This document shows positions 46,502 through 49,152 of a stretch of DNA of 49,152 nt, in pieces. Origin of the DNA: Macrostomum lignano (lineage: Eukaryota); assembly GCA_002269645.1 (NCBI GenBank), contig NIVC01004351.1, positions 1 to 49,152 of the forward strand, in the 5' to 3' direction. The position numbers and the translations under genes are program-made. Numbering within the stretch: position 1 is the first letter of the stretch; each line of letters starts with the position of its first letter. Under the pieces are notes generated by a model. That model did not search any database, was not told the DNA's origin, and saw only the letters and a list, made by a program, of their open reading frames with translations.

Positions 46502-46804
46502 CTGCAGTGTTGAATTTGTAACTTGATTTATTGCCTGTGCAGTTGCTACAATAACTCAGCAGTACAATTTTGTATATAACATTCAAGGTGTTTCTTTTAT
46601 GAGTAGTATAGATAAAGTAGCATTGGCTATTTTAGTATTGTTAGGCCTATAAGATCTCTTAGAAAAACAAAACATTAGTATTCATAATATGACTTATAAT
46701 ATCACTATCTAGTGTATTTCGTTATCACCCCATTGACATCATCCCCTAGGCAGAATTTCTTCCCTCTTAGTGTACCTTTGTGAGCCCGCCTTATGAAATG
46801 TTTC

Positions 46805-48733
46805 CAGTGATGGGCATAGCGGGCACTAAATTTGAAATTTGCTATGGTGCCACTACAATTTTTGAAATTTGCTAATATTGCTAAATTGAAATTTGACTTA
46901 GCGTATGCTACAAAAGTGCCACTACATTTTGCTCAAATTTGCTAAAAATTGAAATTTGCTAAATTTTAGGCAACTAATTTTCTTTTATATCGTTTTTTAG
47001 GGTTTTCAGTCTTGTAAACAATATTGTTTTACTGATTTTATTTTTTTTAATATTTTTTAATGTACATAACGCAACAGTATTTAGAATTTATAATCAAGTC
47101 ATGTATATTGTACTGATATTGTCATACTGATACTGGTAGGGATAGAAATAAAATAAATTGATAGTCAGTCATATTCATAGTCATAGGACTCATAGATAGA
47201 TCATAGACTGATGCTGATGTCTAATAGACAATAGTGATAACTGATAACTGATGACTGATGAGTTTAATTTTTCTTTTTTCTTTTTGTTACTTGTCCTGTT
47301 TTTCAGTGTTGGGCAATTCCGTTACCGAGTAACTTGCAAATGGTAACGCAAGAAGTCCATTACAGTTACTTTGCAACAATCACAATATTTAAATTTAAAA
47401 CTGAAATGCTTAGCTATTACGCCGGTTGTCACATGTTTTTGCATTTTTCATTCCTAAATTCAAAATTAAATGAATAGTATCATATGGTATTGCGCTTAAT
47501 TAATGAAGAAATACTTGAAACATGTTTTACTTTGTTAATTTCGGTAAAATATTTTCGCCTTTCATTTTCGTTACTAAAAATTTTCAAGTTTGATTCAAAC
47601 AAACAACCAAAGAAAGAAATTCATCTGTAGTCTCCACAAGTCCCTCCACTGGCACTGCAGTACACTGCACCATTTTATACAGTTCTATTTATTTTACTCT
47701 ATTGAATTATTGATATTCGTTCATTTTATCATTTATAATTTTAATTATTGATTGCCATTGCCCATTGGTCCTTCTACTTGCCTCACATTGTGTCGCCAAT
47801 TCCTGTCTCTGTCTGGTAATCGGTTAATCCCAATGCCCAATGGCAAATTTCGGTAACAACAATGTGAAAAATGTGCAATGTGAAAAAAAAACAGAAAATT
47901 TTGTTAATAACATGGGTAACGGAAGTGAGTAACGGACAGTAACTTAAAAGTTACCAGGTTTTTGTCTAAAGTTACTAGGCTAACATAAGTTACTTTTTAA
48001 AAATTGGTAACTTAAGTTACAGTAACGCAAGTTACTTTTTTTAAGTAACTTGCCCAACACTGCTGTTTTTTGCTACTGTTGTTCTTGCTGTTTGTTTTTT
48101 GTCTAAATAATTATTTTATCTCCTAAATAAGTCTATAAATGTTCATTTTAATTTTTAATTTATTCAATTTCTTCAATTGCGAATGCCATAAGTATAATAC
48201 AATTCCATAAATCAGTAATTCAATCAATTCTAATAGTAGAATTTAAATAGTCACGTCAATTACTATCACTGACTACTGACTAGCAATGGTGACCAACTTG
48301 GCAACTGGCAATGGCAGTGGCAACTTATTAAGTAAAGTTACTAAACTTACTATGGTACTACTGTCTGTTAGTATTAGTGTTACTATACTGGTTACCTTAC
48401 CTTATCCTTTGGCTTTGCACAGTATAAGTACAATTAACTTTTTTTAATTTGACAAATTTTTAACTAATTTGCGTTTTATTTTAATAAATATAAAGTAAAA
48501 TCTTTCTAATATTCACAAGCTTAAACTAAAGAAAAGAAAAGGTAAATATGAATATTTTTTTCATGTTTTTAGGAAAATTTAAGTTTCAGCAAATTTTATA
48601 TTTAGTGGCACTATAAATTTGCTAATTTTGAAACTAAAATAGCAGCCACTATATAGCGCTAACTTTTTTTAAATTTGATAGTGGAAATGCTATATAGTGG
48701 CACTACAAAAATATTTAGTGGTGCCCATCATTG
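46805..48733. mobile_element. Non-autonomous hAT-type element, TIR CA(G/A)TGATGGGCA, 8-bp TSD AATGTTTC; hosts a nested second hAT element
   Basis: AATGTTTC|CAGTGATGGGCA ... TGCCCATCATTG|AATGTTTC seen directly, with GCACTA/AAATTTGCT subterminal repeats at both ends. Confidence 0.88.
47304..48062. mobile_element. hAT-type element copy 2 (759 bp), TSD CTGTTTTT, nested
   Basis: CTGTTTTT|CAGTGTTGGGCA ... TGCCCAACACTG|CTGTTTTT. Near-identical to 33967-34806 apart from an approximately 80-bp deletion near the left end. Confidence 0.92.
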
Positions 48734-49152
48734 AATGTTTCTTGCATTATTGTTTTAAATAGGGTATACCTAGTGTTAATTATTTCTACCGAGTGTATCA
48801 ATTCTTGCTCATTACATGTAACCCTCTATCCTACCTAGGGTGACCTTTTTCTTTCTGATAGCTTATGAGATCATATTTAAGAGTCTGCATCCCTTTTTCC
48901 CACTAGACTCTCAATTGAGCTCATCCGCTTCCTAGATTCCAAGTTCCAAATATTTAAGTGGACCCTAAGTGTAAGCCCAATTTTTCAGACCCAACTAGCT
49001 ACTCTCCCAATTAGCCATCTAATTAATTTGCTCCATGCTAATAACTATTTCTTGTTTACATCTTTAGCCATTTAAATAGTAATAACTATCTAGTTTAGTG
49101 TTGCAATAAATTACAAAGCAGTTAAATTGTGTGTTAAATGGTGTCTTAAACT

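Overview
This is eukaryotic (animal) genomic DNA, not prokaryotic. GC-rich exons, Ala/Gln-rich inserts and repeat-filled introns suggest a flatworm such as Macrostomum, but this is inference and cannot be proven from the window. By manual splice reconstruction (GT-AG, reading frame checked at each junction) I find eight protein-coding genes, all on the minus strand. In transcription order they are NOC4L (5' end has no ATG), CCDC130/YJU2B, an intronless protein kinase, TVP23, a LENG9-like 2H phosphoesterase, TUBGCP4, a 13-exon nidogen/entactin-like gene (about 1689 aa) and a divergent TRP-like channel. Sixteen of the 21 reconstructed introns contain a tandem repeat, almost all with a unit private to that intron, leaving mostly short unique stubs. 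Intergenic DNA holds further arrays, two hAT-type non-autonomous families with 8-bp TSDs (one nested in the other), a TA-flanked MITE in two copies, two tRNA-derived SINE-like elements and a modular foldback. The most interesting hypotheses are (1) a co-oriented, possibly SL trans-spliced or operon-like cluster in which NOC4L may get its start codon from a spliced leader, and (2) intron-by-intron expansion of short introns by local minisatellite amplification, in one case duplicating the 3' splice site itself. Most long ORFs in the supplied track that overlap arrays are repeat artefacts.
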